Positions 24,870 to 40,580 are shown, counted from the first letter of the stretch. The stretch is DNA of 64,000 bases from Eledone cirrhosa (GCA_964016885.1 OZ024743.1:23746001-23810000), one strand, 5' to 3'. Notes: a model not told the origin generated them from the sequence alone. A program made the numbers and translations.

Positions 24870-25392
24870 GAAATTTAAGTAAGTAAAAATTTTTTTAACA
24901 TTTAAAAAAAAAAAAAAAAAATATTTTCTTATTTTACGTCCTTTATATTATTGTTCTGCATTCTCCTGCATTGAACCACCTAGGTACTATGACATAACCT
25001 GTGTATTTGCTGGCATGGGCGTGCATCTGTGCGCTTATGTTAGTTGATATATTAAATTATCTATATATATATATATATAATATATATTATATATATAATA
25101 TATATATATATATTATATATATAATATATATATATATATTATAAATATATATATATTATATATATAATATATATATATATATTATATATATAATATATAT
25201 ATATATAATATATATATATGTATATATTATATATATATAATATATATATATAATATAATATAATATATATATATATATATATAATATATATATATTTATA
25301 ATATATATATATATATAATATATATATATATATATTTATATATTATATATTATATATATATATATATAATATATATATATATATTTATATAT

Positions 25393-25437
<45 letters not shown>

Positions 25438-25508
25438 TATATATTATATATTATATATAATATATATATATATATAATATATATATATATATTATATATT
25501 ATATATAT

Positions 25509-25541
<33 letters not shown>

Positions 25542-25555
25542 TAATATATAAATAT

Positions 25556-25590
<35 letters not shown>

Positions 25591-25662
25591 ATATATATAT
25601 ATAATATATATATATATATAATATATAAATATATATATATATAATATATATATATATATAAT

Positions 25663-25769
<107 letters not shown>

Positions 25770-25820
25770 ATATATATATATATATATAATATATATAATA
25801 TATATATATATAATATATAT

Positions 25821-25888
<68 letters not shown>

Positions 25889-25898
25889 ATATATATAT

Positions 25899-25943
<45 letters not shown>

Positions 25944-25945
25944 AT

Positions 25946-25996
<51 letters not shown>

Positions 25997-26008
25997 TATA
26001 TATAATAT

Positions 26009-26039
<31 letters not shown>

Positions 26040-26048
26040 TATATATAT

Positions 26049-26091
<43 letters not shown>

Positions 26092-26468
26092 CTATATATA
26101 TAATATATATATATATAATATATATATATATATAATATATATATAATATATATATATATATAATATATATATATAATATCTATATATATAATATATATAT
26201 ATATATATTATCTATATTATATATAATATATATAATATATATATATATATAATATATATATATATATAATATATATATATATATTTATATATATATATAA
26301 TATATATAATATATATATATATATAATATATATATATATATAATATATATATATATATAATATATATATATATATATTATATATATATATATATTATTTA
26401 TAATATATATATATAATATATATATATATAATATATATATATATAATATATATATATATATAATATAT

Positions 26469-26588
<120 letters not shown>

Positions 26589-26679
26589 TATATATAATAT
26601 ATATATATATTATATATATATATATATTATATATAATATATATATATATATTATATATATATATTATATATATATATAT

Positions 26680-26752
<73 letters not shown>

Positions 26753-26834
26753 ATATTATATATATATATATATATTATATATATATATTATATATATTAT
26801 ATATATTATATATATTATATATATATATATATAT

Positions 26835-26866
<32 letters not shown>

Positions 26867-26893
26867 ATATATATTATATATATATATATATAT

Positions 26894-26926
<33 letters not shown>

Positions 26927-27007
26927 ATATATATTATATATATATTATATATATTATATATATTATATATATATATATATATATTATATTATTATATAAT
27001 TATATTT

Positions 27008-27038
<31 letters not shown>

Positions 27039-27135
27039 ATATATATTATATATATATATATTATATATATATATTATATATATTATATATATATATTATA
27101 TATATTATATATATATATTATATATATATTATATA

Positions 27136-27178
<43 letters not shown>

Positions 27179-27222
27179 TATTATATATATATATATATAT
27201 ATTATATATATTATATATATAT

Positions 27223-27253
<31 letters not shown>

Positions 27254-27662
27254 ATATATATATTATATATATATATTATATATATATATATATTATATAT
27301 ATTATATATATATATTATATATATATATTATAATATTATATATTATATATATTTATATATATATTATATATATTTATATATTATATATATTATATATATA
27401 TATTGTATATATATAATATATTATATATATTATATATATATTATATATATATTATATATATATATTATATATTTATATATTATATATTATATATATTATA
27501 TATATATATTATATATATATATATATTATATATATATATTATATATATTATATATATATTATATATATATATTATTATATATATATTTTATATATATATA
27601 TATATTATATATATGTATAATATATTATATATATGTATATATATTATATATATGTATATTAT

Positions 27663-27696
<34 letters not shown>

Positions 27697-27732
27697 ATAT
27701 ATATTATATATATATATTATATATATTATATA

Positions 27733-27779
<47 letters not shown>

Positions 27780-27797
27780 AATATTATATATATATAT

Positions 27798-27830
<33 letters not shown>

Positions 27831-27841
27831 TATATATATTT

Positions 27842-27873
<32 letters not shown>

Positions 27874-27923
27874 ATATATTATATATATGTATATATATTA
27901 TATATATGTATATATATATACAT

Positions 27924-27955
<32 letters not shown>

Positions 27956-27973
27956 ATAATATTATATATATAT

Positions 27974-28004
<31 letters not shown>

Positions 28005-28031
28005 ATATTATATATATATATTATATATATA

Positions 28032-28071
<40 letters not shown>

Positions 28072-28163
28072 TTATATATATATTATATATATATATATAT
28101 ATTATATATATATATTATATAATATATATATATATTATATATATATTATATATATATATATAT

Positions 28164-28196
<33 letters not shown>

Positions 28197-28265
28197 ATAT
28201 ATATATATATTATATATATATATTATATATATTATATATATTATATATATATATTATATATATAT

Positions 28266-28296
<31 letters not shown>

Positions 28297-28308
28297 ATAT
28301 ATATATAT

Positions 28309-28341
<33 letters not shown>

Positions 28342-28353
28342 ATATATATATAT

Positions 28354-28386
<33 letters not shown>

Positions 28387-28413
28387 ATATATATATATTA
28401 TATATATATATTA

Positions 28414-28461
<48 letters not shown>

Positions 28462-28648
28462 ATATATATATATATATATTATATATATTATATATATATA
28501 TATTATATATATATTATATATATATATATATATTATATATATTATATATATATATTATATATATTATATATATATATATTATATATATATATTATATATA
28601 TTATATATATATATATTATATATATATATATATTATATATATATATAT

Positions 28649-28679
<31 letters not shown>

Positions 28680-28754
28680 ATATATATATATTATATATAT
28701 ATATATATATTATATATATATATATATATATTATATATATTTATATATATATAT

Positions 28755-28786
<32 letters not shown>

Positions 28787-28944
28787 ATTTATATATATAT
28801 TTATATATATATATTATATATATATATATATTATATATATATTATATATATATATTTATATATATATATTTATATATATATATATATACTATTATATATA
28901 TATATTTATATATATATATTATATATATATATATATTATATATT

Positions 28945-28977
<33 letters not shown>

Positions 28978-29066
28978 ATATATATATATATATTATATAT
29001 ATATATTTATATATATATATTATATATATATATTTATATATATATATTATATATATATTATATATT

Positions 29067-29099
<33 letters not shown>

Positions 29100-29443
29100 A
29101 TATATATATATATATTATATATATATATATATTATATATATATTATATATATATATTATATATATTATATATATATATATATTATAATATATATATATTA
29201 TATATATTATATATATATATTATATATATATATTATATATATATTATATATATATATTATATATATATTATATATATATATTATATATATATTATATATA
29301 TATATTATATATATATATTATATATATTATATATATATATATATTATATATATATATATATTATATATATATATTATATATATATTATATATATATTATA
29401 TATATATATTATATATATTTATTATATATATATATTATATAAT

Positions 29444-29474
<31 letters not shown>

Positions 29475-29544
29475 ATTATATATATATATTATATATTATA
29501 TATTATATATTATATATATATTTTATATATATATTATATATATT

Positions 29545-30454
29545 AACAACCAGATAGTTGTTTATATATAGTCATAGTCCTTTCGTCACACACTCTGTGA
29601 CCTCTTCAGTGACTGGGGATTCCTTTCTTTGTTTCTGTGCCTTTCCTTTCTTCTATCCTACGCCATTTTGTTTCTGTGCCTTTCCTTTCTTCTATCCTAC
29701 GCCATTTTGTTTCTGTGTGTGTGTTGTGTGCTCAGTTTGCGCATGCGCCACATCCGGGTGTCTGTGTGTTTGTGTTCATTTATCTATTTGTTTTTTTATT
29801 TATTTATTTATTTATTTATTTATTTGTTGGTTGGTTGTTTGTTCTACGTGTGTGTGTGTTTTCATTTTGTCCTTAATTGTAAGTTGTTTGTTCTATGTGT
29901 GTGTGTGTTTCATTTTGTCCTGTGTGTGTTTTCATTTTGTCCTTAATTGTAAGTTGTGATGTTGCTGTTCCACTCATATTTTCTATTTAATTTTGGTTGT
30001 AATTCTTTTATGCTACTGCCTCTGTAATTTGCCTAAACATTACATCTTTTCTGTGTGTGGATTCTATTTTTATTTCTATGTTCTCTAATCTACCCCTGTG
30101 TTCTAACTTAGCATGTTGGTAGAGCACAGATGATTCTTTATTATCTTGAAGGTCTCGCCAGTGTTCATTTATTCGTTCCCCTATACTACGAGCTGTCTCA
30201 CCTATGTACACTATATTTTTGTTTCTACATTGTCCTTCAGTACATCTTGTGCTACACACTACATTTCTAGTTTTACAGTTAATATGGGGGCTTATTTTAC
30301 AGGTTATACATTTCTTATCTATACATGAGGGTCTTTGGAACGGGTATGTCTTGCTAATAAGTGTTTTTACGGAGGTACCTGGTCTTTCTACTATTTTAAT
30401 ATTGAGTTTATGTTTATTTAGGGCCCTTCTAAATTTGTAGGCTAGTTCGCCTCT
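29545..30454 (-). mobile_element. 5'-truncated Penelope-like element, copy 1 (Cys-rich linker, GIY-YIG endonuclease, 3' UTR)
   Basis: Frame from 30454 reads RGELAYKF...ERPGTSVKTLISKTYPFQRPSCIDKKCITC...CKTRNVVC...YIGETARSIGERINEH...LYQH. Flanked by (TA)n. Confidence 0.9.
29570..29614 (-). ncRNA. Minimal type I hammerhead ribozyme, family B copy 1
   Basis: AGUCA-CUGAAGA-G-GUCACA-GAGUG-UGUGAC-GAAA-GGAC-UA-UGACU. Confidence 0.7.
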
Positions 30455-30643
30455 ATATATATAATATATATATATATATATTATATATATATATTATATA
30501 TAATATATATATATATATTATATATAATATATATATATATTATATATAATATATATATATTATATATAATATATATATATAATATATATATATATAATAT
30601 ATATATATATAATATATATATATATAATATATATATATATAAT

Positions 30644-30676
<33 letters not shown>

Positions 30677-30850
30677 TATCATCATCATCATCATCATCAT
30701 CATCAACGTTTAACGTCCGTGTTCCACGCTTGCATGGGTTTGGACGGGGTATTCCCACTTGAGGCAAGAGTGATTGTCTTGCTCGCATAGGACTGTCTGG
30801 CAGGTTTTCTACAGTTGGATGCCCTTCCTAACACCAACCACATTTACATA
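30677..30850 (-). mobile_element. RTE-associated 3' tail fragment with (GAT)n, part of the triplicated unit
   Basis: (ATC)n followed by aacgtccgtgttccacgcttgcatggg...ggatgcccttcctaacacc. Confidence 0.8.
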
Positions 30851-30971
30851 TTATCTATATAATATATTATATATATATATATAATATATATATATATTAT
30901 ATATAATAATATAATATATATATATAATATATATATATATAATATATATATATATAATATATATATATAAT

Positions 30972-31026
<55 letters not shown>

Positions 31027-31059
31027 TATATAATATATATATAATATAATATATATATA

Positions 31060-31129
<70 letters not shown>

Positions 31130-31278
31130 TATATATATATATTATATTATATATATATATTATATATTATATATATATATATATATATTATATATATTAT
31201 ATATATATATTATATATATATAATATATATATTATATATATATATTATATATATATTATATATATTATATATATATAT

Positions 31279-31381
<103 letters not shown>

Positions 31382-31500
31382 ATAATATATATATTATATA
31401 TATATATATTATATATATATATATTATATATATATAATATATATAATATATATATATATATAATATATATATTAATATATAATATATATATTATATATTA

Positions 31501-31540
<40 letters not shown>

Positions 31541-31660
31541 TATATATAATATATATATATATAATATATATATATATAATAAATATATATATATAATATA
31601 TATATATATATAATAATATATATATATAATATATATATATATATAATATATATATATATA

Positions 31661-31830
<170 letters not shown>

Positions 31831-31850
31831 ATATATATTATATATATTTA

Positions 31851-31937
<87 letters not shown>

Positions 31938-32058
31938 ATATATATTATATATATATATATTATATATATATTATATATATATATTATATATATATATTAT
32001 ATATTATATATATATATTATATATATATATTATATATATTTATATATATATATATATA

Positions 32059-32102
<44 letters not shown>

Positions 32103-32219
32103 ATTATATATATATTATATATATTATATATATTATATATATTATATATATATATATATATTATATATATTATATATATATATATATATTATATATATAT
32201 ATATATATATTATATATAT

Positions 32220-32297
<78 letters not shown>

Positions 32298-32386
32298 ATT
32301 ATATATATATTATATATATTATATATATATTATATATATATATATATTATATATATATATTATATATATATTATATATATTATTTA

Positions 32387-32586
32387 NNNNNNNNNNNNNN
32401 NNNNNNNNNNNNNNNNNNNNNNNNNNNNNNNNNNNNNNNNNNNNNNNNNNNNNNNNNNNNNNNNNNNNNNNNNNNNNNNNNNNNNNNNNNNNNNNNNNNN
32501 NNNNNNNNNNNNNNNNNNNNNNNNNNNNNNNNNNNNNNNNNNNNNNNNNNNNNNNNNNNNNNNNNNNNNNNNNNNNNNNNNNNNNN
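32387..32586. other. Assembly gap (200 N)
   Basis: Run of N. Confidence 1.
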
Positions 32587-32856
32587 GTTGCCATTAACGT
32601 TTTTGGGTGCAGCCTTTTCTGTGGAGATCATTTATTATTTCTCATCACAAGTAATGATATGGTGCACAGGTGGTTGATTTTTATTGCAAATTAGTAGTGC
32701 TGAACACACCTCTAAGCATCAACATTTTTTTATACTCTGTTATTTCATGTAAAGTCCATTTAATCAACTTCTTCACTTTACCAATAGCAGAGAAATAGCA
32801 TGGAAACAGTTACAGAAGATACTGCCATGTCTACTGCAAGTTGGTAAATTGTTGTT

Positions 32857-32970
32857 TTAACCCTTTAGCCTTTAAACCAACCATATCCATCCAGAATTCT
32901 CTCACCTCTTTCTGTTCAAACCAACTGTAACTGGCCACTCATACTGGTGTTAAGGCATTGTTCTCAAAAT
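32857..32970 (+). mobile_element. piggyBac-type MITE family 1, copy 9, truncated at the RTE tail
   Basis: ttaaccctttagcctttaaac...gttctcaaaat directly followed by (CAT)n. Confidence 0.8.
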
Positions 32971-34660
32971 CATCATCATCATCATCATCACCGTTTTACG
33001 TCCGTTCTTCCACGCTAGCATGGGTTAGACGGGTTGTCCTGTTGTGGGCAGTGTCTGGTCGGCTGACCATGCCTTGCTCATACAGGAACTGATCTGGCTT
33101 GATTTCTACAGCTGGATGCCCTTCCTAACACCAACCTCATTTACAGTGAGTGCTGGTGCTTTTTCGTGGCGCCTACACGTCCACTTTACAGTGTGGGCTG
33201 GGTGCTTTTTTGCCGTGGCACCTCCACGACCACCTTGCGGTGGGGGGGGGGGGCATATTGTTTATATGCTTCAGCATGTACCCATGGGAGGTCGGGTACC
33301 CTGTATTACTGCGTGACGCCAGAAGTCACGGTCGTGTGTCATTGACTTTGAGAGGTGTAGTTGGGTAAGGTCGGCTTTTATCACCTCATCCCAAGTCATC
33401 TTGGGTCTCCCCACTCCGCGGTTTCCATCAACTTCTAGTGCTCTGCACCTTTTTATGCAGCTGTCATCCTTCATACGCATCACATGTCCATACCAGCGTA
33501 ACCGCCTCTCCTGCACGCAGCATTTGATTCCTCTTATGCTCAGTCTCTCTCTCAATTCATTTATGCTTTGTCGTTCACGTATATTACTGTTACACATCCA
33601 TCGGAGCATGCAGGCTTCGTTTCTCTCTAATCTACGTAAGTCTTCCACCTTCAGCGCCCAGGTCTCACTACCATGCAACATCGCTGTTCGGATACACGCA
33701 TCATACAGTCTGCCTTTCATTCTGAGGGAGAAGCCTTTTGCAGCTAGCAGTGGTAGTAGTTCCCTAAACTTCTTCCATCCCGTTCTTACCCTAGTTATTG
33801 TACTTTCTGAGCACCCACCTCCGTTGCTAATTCGGTCACCTAGGTAGCAGAAGCTGTCTACTGTTTCTACAGGGCCCTCCCAGAGATTGGTGGTACTTGT
33901 TTCCTGTGGCTGTTTGCTTGCTGTTTCAGCACAGCTGCTGCATGTGAATCCTACATTCTTAATTAAGCTTCCTGAGATCCCGCTACATCTCTTGTGTACC
34001 CATTGTTTGCAATTTGGGGCAAAGAATGGAGTTCCTACCTACACCTTTCCTACATACTGAGCAAGGCCATTTCCCTGAGGGGATCTGGGTTCTGTTTTCT
34101 CGTCTACTTATAAGGACCTTAGTCTTTGTCATGTTGACTTTGAGGCCCTTTCTCTCTAGTCCCTGCTTCCAGGTTTGGAATTTATTCTCTAGTTCTACCA
34201 TAGATTCAGCTATGAGTGCGAGGTCATCAGCATACAGGAGTTCCCATGGGCATCCGGTCTTAAACTCCTCCGTTATTGCCTGCAGGACTATGATGAACAG
34301 GAGAGGGCTAAGAACAGAGCCCTGGTGGACCCCAACCTGTACGCTAAATTCCTCGCTATACTCATTGCCAATCCTAACTTTGCTGACTGCTCCCCTATAC
34401 ATGGCTTGTACCGCTTTCACAAGCCATTCATCTACTCCTAGTTTTCTAAGAGCCCACCAGATTACTGCACGTGGAACTCTGTCAAAGGCTTTCTCAAGGT
34501 CGACAAATGCCAAGTAGAGTGGCTTACTTTTAGCTAGGTACTTTTCCTGTAATTGCCTCACAAGGAAGAGCGCATCAGTGGTGCCTTTCCCTGGAACAAA
34601 CCCAAATTGCATCTCGTCTATATTCACCCGGTCCCTAATCAGCTGTGCTATAACTCTTTC
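32971..34660 (-). mobile_element. Young 5'-truncated RTE-clade LINE (RT, PHD insertion, C-terminus, 3' UTR, (GAT)n tail)
   Basis: QFGF...FVDLEKAFD...GVHQGSVLSPLLF...LLYADD...FCYLGD...HGSETW...RLRWYGHV. One frameshift near 34015. Confidence 0.95.
33271..34660 (-). pseudogene. RTE reverse transcriptase ORF, partial, one +1 frameshift
   Basis: ORFs 33983-34627 and 33271-33720 join into one frame if a single base near 34015 is removed. Confidence 0.85.
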
Positions 34661-34748
34661 TATATATATATATATATTATATATATATATTATATATATA
34701 TATTATATATATATATTATATATATATGTATATATATTATATATATTT

Positions 34749-34780
<32 letters not shown>

Positions 34781-34830
34781 ATATATTATATATATGTATA
34801 TATATTATATATATGTATATATATATACAT

Positions 34831-34883
<53 letters not shown>

Positions 34884-34965
34884 ATATATATTATATATAT
34901 ATATTATATATATTATATATATTATATATATATTATACATATATATATATATTATATATATATAT

Positions 34966-34997
<32 letters not shown>

Positions 34998-35006
34998 TAT
35001 ATATAT

Positions 35007-35041
<35 letters not shown>

Positions 35042-35120
35042 ATATATATATATATATTATATATATATATATATATATTATATATATTATATATATTATA
35101 TATATATATTATATATATAT

Positions 35121-35185
<65 letters not shown>

Positions 35186-35232
35186 ATATATATATATTAT
35201 ATATATATTATATATATATTATATATATATAT

Positions 35233-35265
<33 letters not shown>

Positions 35266-35296
35266 ATATATATATATTATATATATATATTATATA

Positions 35297-35354
<58 letters not shown>

Positions 35355-35489
35355 ATATATATATATATATATTATATATATTATATATATATATATTATA
35401 TATATATTATATATATATATATATATTATATATATTATATATATTATTTATATATATTATATATATATATATTATATATATATATATAT

Positions 35490-35521
<32 letters not shown>

Positions 35522-35523
35522 AT

Positions 35524-35555
<32 letters not shown>

Positions 35556-35580
35556 ATATATATTATATATATATATATAT

Positions 35581-35612
<32 letters not shown>

Positions 35613-35616
35613 ATAT

Positions 35617-35671
<55 letters not shown>

Positions 35672-35673
35672 AT

Positions 35674-35705
<32 letters not shown>

Positions 35706-35720
35706 ATTATATATATATAT

Positions 35721-35752
<32 letters not shown>

Positions 35753-35767
35753 ATTATATATATATAT

Positions 35768-35799
<32 letters not shown>

Positions 35800-35814
35800 A
35801 TTATATATATATAT

Positions 35815-35910
<96 letters not shown>

Positions 35911-36027
35911 ATATATATATTATATATATATATATATATATTATATATATTATATATATATATTATATATATATTATATATATATATTTATATATATATA
36001 TTATATATATATATTTATATATATATT

Positions 36028-36063
<36 letters not shown>

Positions 36064-36118
36064 ATTATATATATATATATTATATATATATTATATATAT
36101 ATATTATATATATATATT

Positions 36119-36152
<34 letters not shown>

Positions 36153-36191
36153 ATTTATATATATATATTATATATATATATATTATATATT

Positions 36192-36223
<32 letters not shown>

Positions 36224-36625
36224 ATATTATATATTTATATATATATATAAATATATTATATATATATTATATATATATATATATTATATATATATATATA
36301 TTATATATATATATTATATATATATATTATATATATATATTATATATATTATATATATATATATATTATATATATATATATATTATATATATTATATATA
36401 TATTATATATATTATATATATATATATATTATATATATATATATATTATATATATTATATATATATATTATATATATTTATTATATATATATATTATTAT
36501 ATATATTATATATATATATTATATATATATATTATATATATATATATATATTATATATATATATTATATATTATATATTATATATATATATTATATATTA
36601 TATATTATATATTATATATATATAT

Positions 36626-36658
<33 letters not shown>

Positions 36659-36705
36659 ATATTATATATATTATATATATATTTTATATATATATTATAT
36701 ATATT

Positions 36706-37613
36706 AACAACCAGATAGTTGTTTATATATAGTCATAGTCCTTTCGTCACACACTCTGTGACCTCTTCAGTGACTGGGGATTCCTTTCTTTGTTTCTGTG
36801 CCTTTCCTTTCTTCTATCCTACGCCATTTTGTTTCTGTGCCTTTCCTTTCTTCTATCCTACGCCATTTTGTTTCTGTGTGTGTGTTGTGTGCTCAGTTTG
36901 CGCATGCGCCACATCCGGGTGTCTGTGTGTTTGTGTTCATTTATCTATTTGTTTTTTTATTTATTTATTTATTTATTTATTTATTGTTGGTTGGTTGTTT
37001 GTTCTACGTGTGTGTGTGTTTTCATTTTGTCCTTAATTGTAAGTTGTTTGTTCTATGTGTGTGTGTGTTTTCATTTTGTCCTGTGTGTGTTTTCATTTTG
37101 TCCTTAATTGTAAGTTGTGATGTTGCTGTTCCACTCATATTTTCTATTTAATTTTGGTTGTAATTCTTTATGCTTACTGCCTCTGTATTTGCCTAAACAT
37201 TACATCTTTTCTGTGTGTGGATTCTATTTTTATTTCTATGTTCTCTAATCTACCCCTGTGTTCTAACTTAGCATGTTGGTAGAGCACAGATGATTCTTTA
37301 TTATCTTGAAGGTCTCGCCAGTGTTCATTTATTCGTTCCCCTATACTACGAGCTGTCTCACCTATGTACACTATATTTTTGTTTCTACATTGTCCTTCAG
37401 TACATCTTGTGCTACACACTACATTTCTAGTTTTACAGTTAATATGGGGGCTTATTTTACAGGTTATACATTTCTTATCTATACATGAGGGTCTTTGGAA
37501 CGGGTATGTCTTGCTAATAAGTGTTTTTACGGAGGTACCTGGTCTTTCTACTATTTTAATATTGAGTTTATGTTTATTTAGGGCCCTTCTAAATTTGTAG
37601 GCTAGTTCGCCTC

Positions 37614-37614
<1 letters not shown>
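36706..37614 (-). mobile_element. Penelope-like element fragment, copy 2
   Basis: Near-identical to 29545-30454 with the same ends. Confidence 0.9.
36731..36775 (-). ncRNA. Minimal hammerhead ribozyme, family B copy 2
   Basis: Identical to 29570-29614. Confidence 0.7.
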
Positions 37615-37659
<45 letters not shown>

Positions 37660-37798
37660 ATATATATATATATATTATATATAATATATATATATATTAT
37701 ATATAATATATATATATTATATATAATATATATATATAATATATATATATATAATATATATATAATATATATATATATAATATATATATATATAATAT

Positions 37799-37833
<35 letters not shown>

Positions 37834-38008
37834 TATCATCATCATCATCATCATCATCATCAACGTTTAACGTCCGTGTTCCACGCTTGCATGGGTTTGG
37901 ACGGGGGTATTCCCACTTGAGGCAAGAGTGATTGTCTTGCTCGCATAGGACTGTCTGGCAGGTTTTCTACAGTTGGATGCCCTTCCTAACACCAACCACA
38001 TTTACATA
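37834..38008 (-). mobile_element. RTE-associated tail fragment, copy 2
   Basis: Near-identical to 30677-30850. Confidence 0.8.
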
Positions 38009-38120
38009 TTATCTATATATTATATATATATATATATATATTATATATAATATATAATATATATATATAATATATATATATATAATATATATATATATAA
38101 TATATATATATAATATATAT

Positions 38121-38154
<34 letters not shown>

Positions 38155-38180
38155 ATATATATAATATATATATATATAAT

Positions 38181-38252
<72 letters not shown>

Positions 38253-38314
38253 TATATATATATTATATATATATATATTATATTATATATATATATTATA
38301 TTATATATATATAT

Positions 38315-38375
<61 letters not shown>

Positions 38376-38577
38376 ATATATATATTATATATATTATATA
38401 TATATATTATATATATTATATATATATATTATATATTATATATATATATATATATATTATATATATTATATATATATATTATATATATATAATATATATA
38501 TTATATATATATATTATATATATATTATATATATTATATATATATATTATATATATATATATATATATATTATATAT

Positions 38578-38630
<53 letters not shown>

Positions 38631-39600
38631 AATATATATATTATATATATATATATTATATATATATATATTATATATATATAATATATATATTATATAT
38701 ATATATATAATATATATATATATATATTATATATTATATATATTATATATATATATATATATATTTATATTATATATATATATATTATATATATATATAT
38801 TATATATATATATTATATATATATATTATATATATATATATTATATATATATTATATATATATATTATATATATATATTATATATATATATTATATATAT
38901 ATATTATATATATATATTATATATATATATTATATATATATATTATATATATATTATATATATATATTATATATATATATTATATATATATATTATATAT
39001 ATATATTATATATATATATTATATATATATATTATATATATATATTATATATATATATATTATATATATATTATATATATATATTATATATATTATTATA
39101 TATATTATATATATTTTATATATATATATTATATATATATATTATATATATATATATTATATATATATTATATATATATATTATATATATTATTATATAT
39201 ATTATATATATATATTATATATATATATTATATATATATATATTATATATATATTATATATATATATTATATATATTATTATATATATTATATATATTTT
39301 ATATATATATATTATATATATATATTATATATATATATATTATATATATATTATATATATATATTATATATATTATTATATATATTATATATATTTTATA
39401 TATATATATTATATATATATATATATATAATATATAATATATATAATATATATTATATATATTATATATATATATATTATATATATATTATATATATATA
39501 TATTATATATATATATATTATATATATATTATATATATTATATATATATATATTATATATATATTATTTATATATATATATATATTATATATATATATAT

Positions 39601-39634
<34 letters not shown>

Positions 39635-40536
39635 ATTATATATATATTATATATATATATATATTATATATATATATATTATATATATATATTATATATA
39701 TATTATATATATATATATATTATATATATATATATATATTATATATATATATTATATATATATATTATATATATTATATATATATATTATATATATATAT
39801 TATATATATTATATATATATATATATTATATATATATATATATTATATATATATATATATTATATATATATATTATATATATATTATATATATATATTAT
39901 ATATATATATTATATATATATATTATATATATATTATATATATATATTATATATATATAATATATATATAATTATATATATATATTATATATATATTATA
40001 TATATATATTATATATATTTATTATATATATATATTATATATATATTATATATATATATTATATATATATTATATATATATTATATATATATATTATATA
40101 TATATTATATATATATATTATATATATATTATATATATATATTATATATATATATTATATATATATATTATTTATATATATTATATATATATATTATATA
40201 TATATATTATATATATATATTATATATATATATTATATATATATATTATATTTATATATTATATATATATATTATATATTATATATTATATATATATATT
40301 ATATATATATATTATATATATATATATTATATATATATATTATATATATATATTATATATATATATTATATATTATATATTATATATATATATTATATAT
40401 ATATTATATATTATATATTATATATTATATATATATATTATATATATATATATTATATATATTATATATATATTATATATATTATATATATATATTATAT
40501 ATATATTATATTATATATATTATATATATATTATAT

Positions 40537-40579
<43 letters not shown>

Positions 40580-40580
40580 T

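Larger units (their letters stand above)
23547..25066. mobile_element. Non-coding hammerhead-bearing element (retrozyme or Penelope pseudo-LTR-like): about 1.7 tandem 569-bp units on the minus strand plus one inverted unit
   Basis: Near-identical repeats, inversion junction at a CCAAA microhomology (24511-24515), (TA)n on both sides, one hammerhead per unit. Confidence 0.8.

Noticed and set aside
27403-29557. Long Ile/Tyr ORFs up to 556 aa
   Set aside because: Translation of TT-interrupted (TA)n that happens to lack stop codons.
29558-29959. Hydrophobic Cys/Phe/Val ORFs, repeated at 36.7 and 40.6 kb
   Set aside because: Antisense reading of the low-complexity Penelope 3' UTR.
32319-32631. 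ORFs made of X residues
   Set aside because: They span the assembly gap.
33401-34517. Plus-strand ORFs of 148 and 167 aa
   Set aside because: Antisense shadows of the RTE reverse transcriptase.
34553-36732. 565-709 aa IYIY ORFs
   Set aside because: Same microsatellite artefact. Their starts are antisense RTE sequence.
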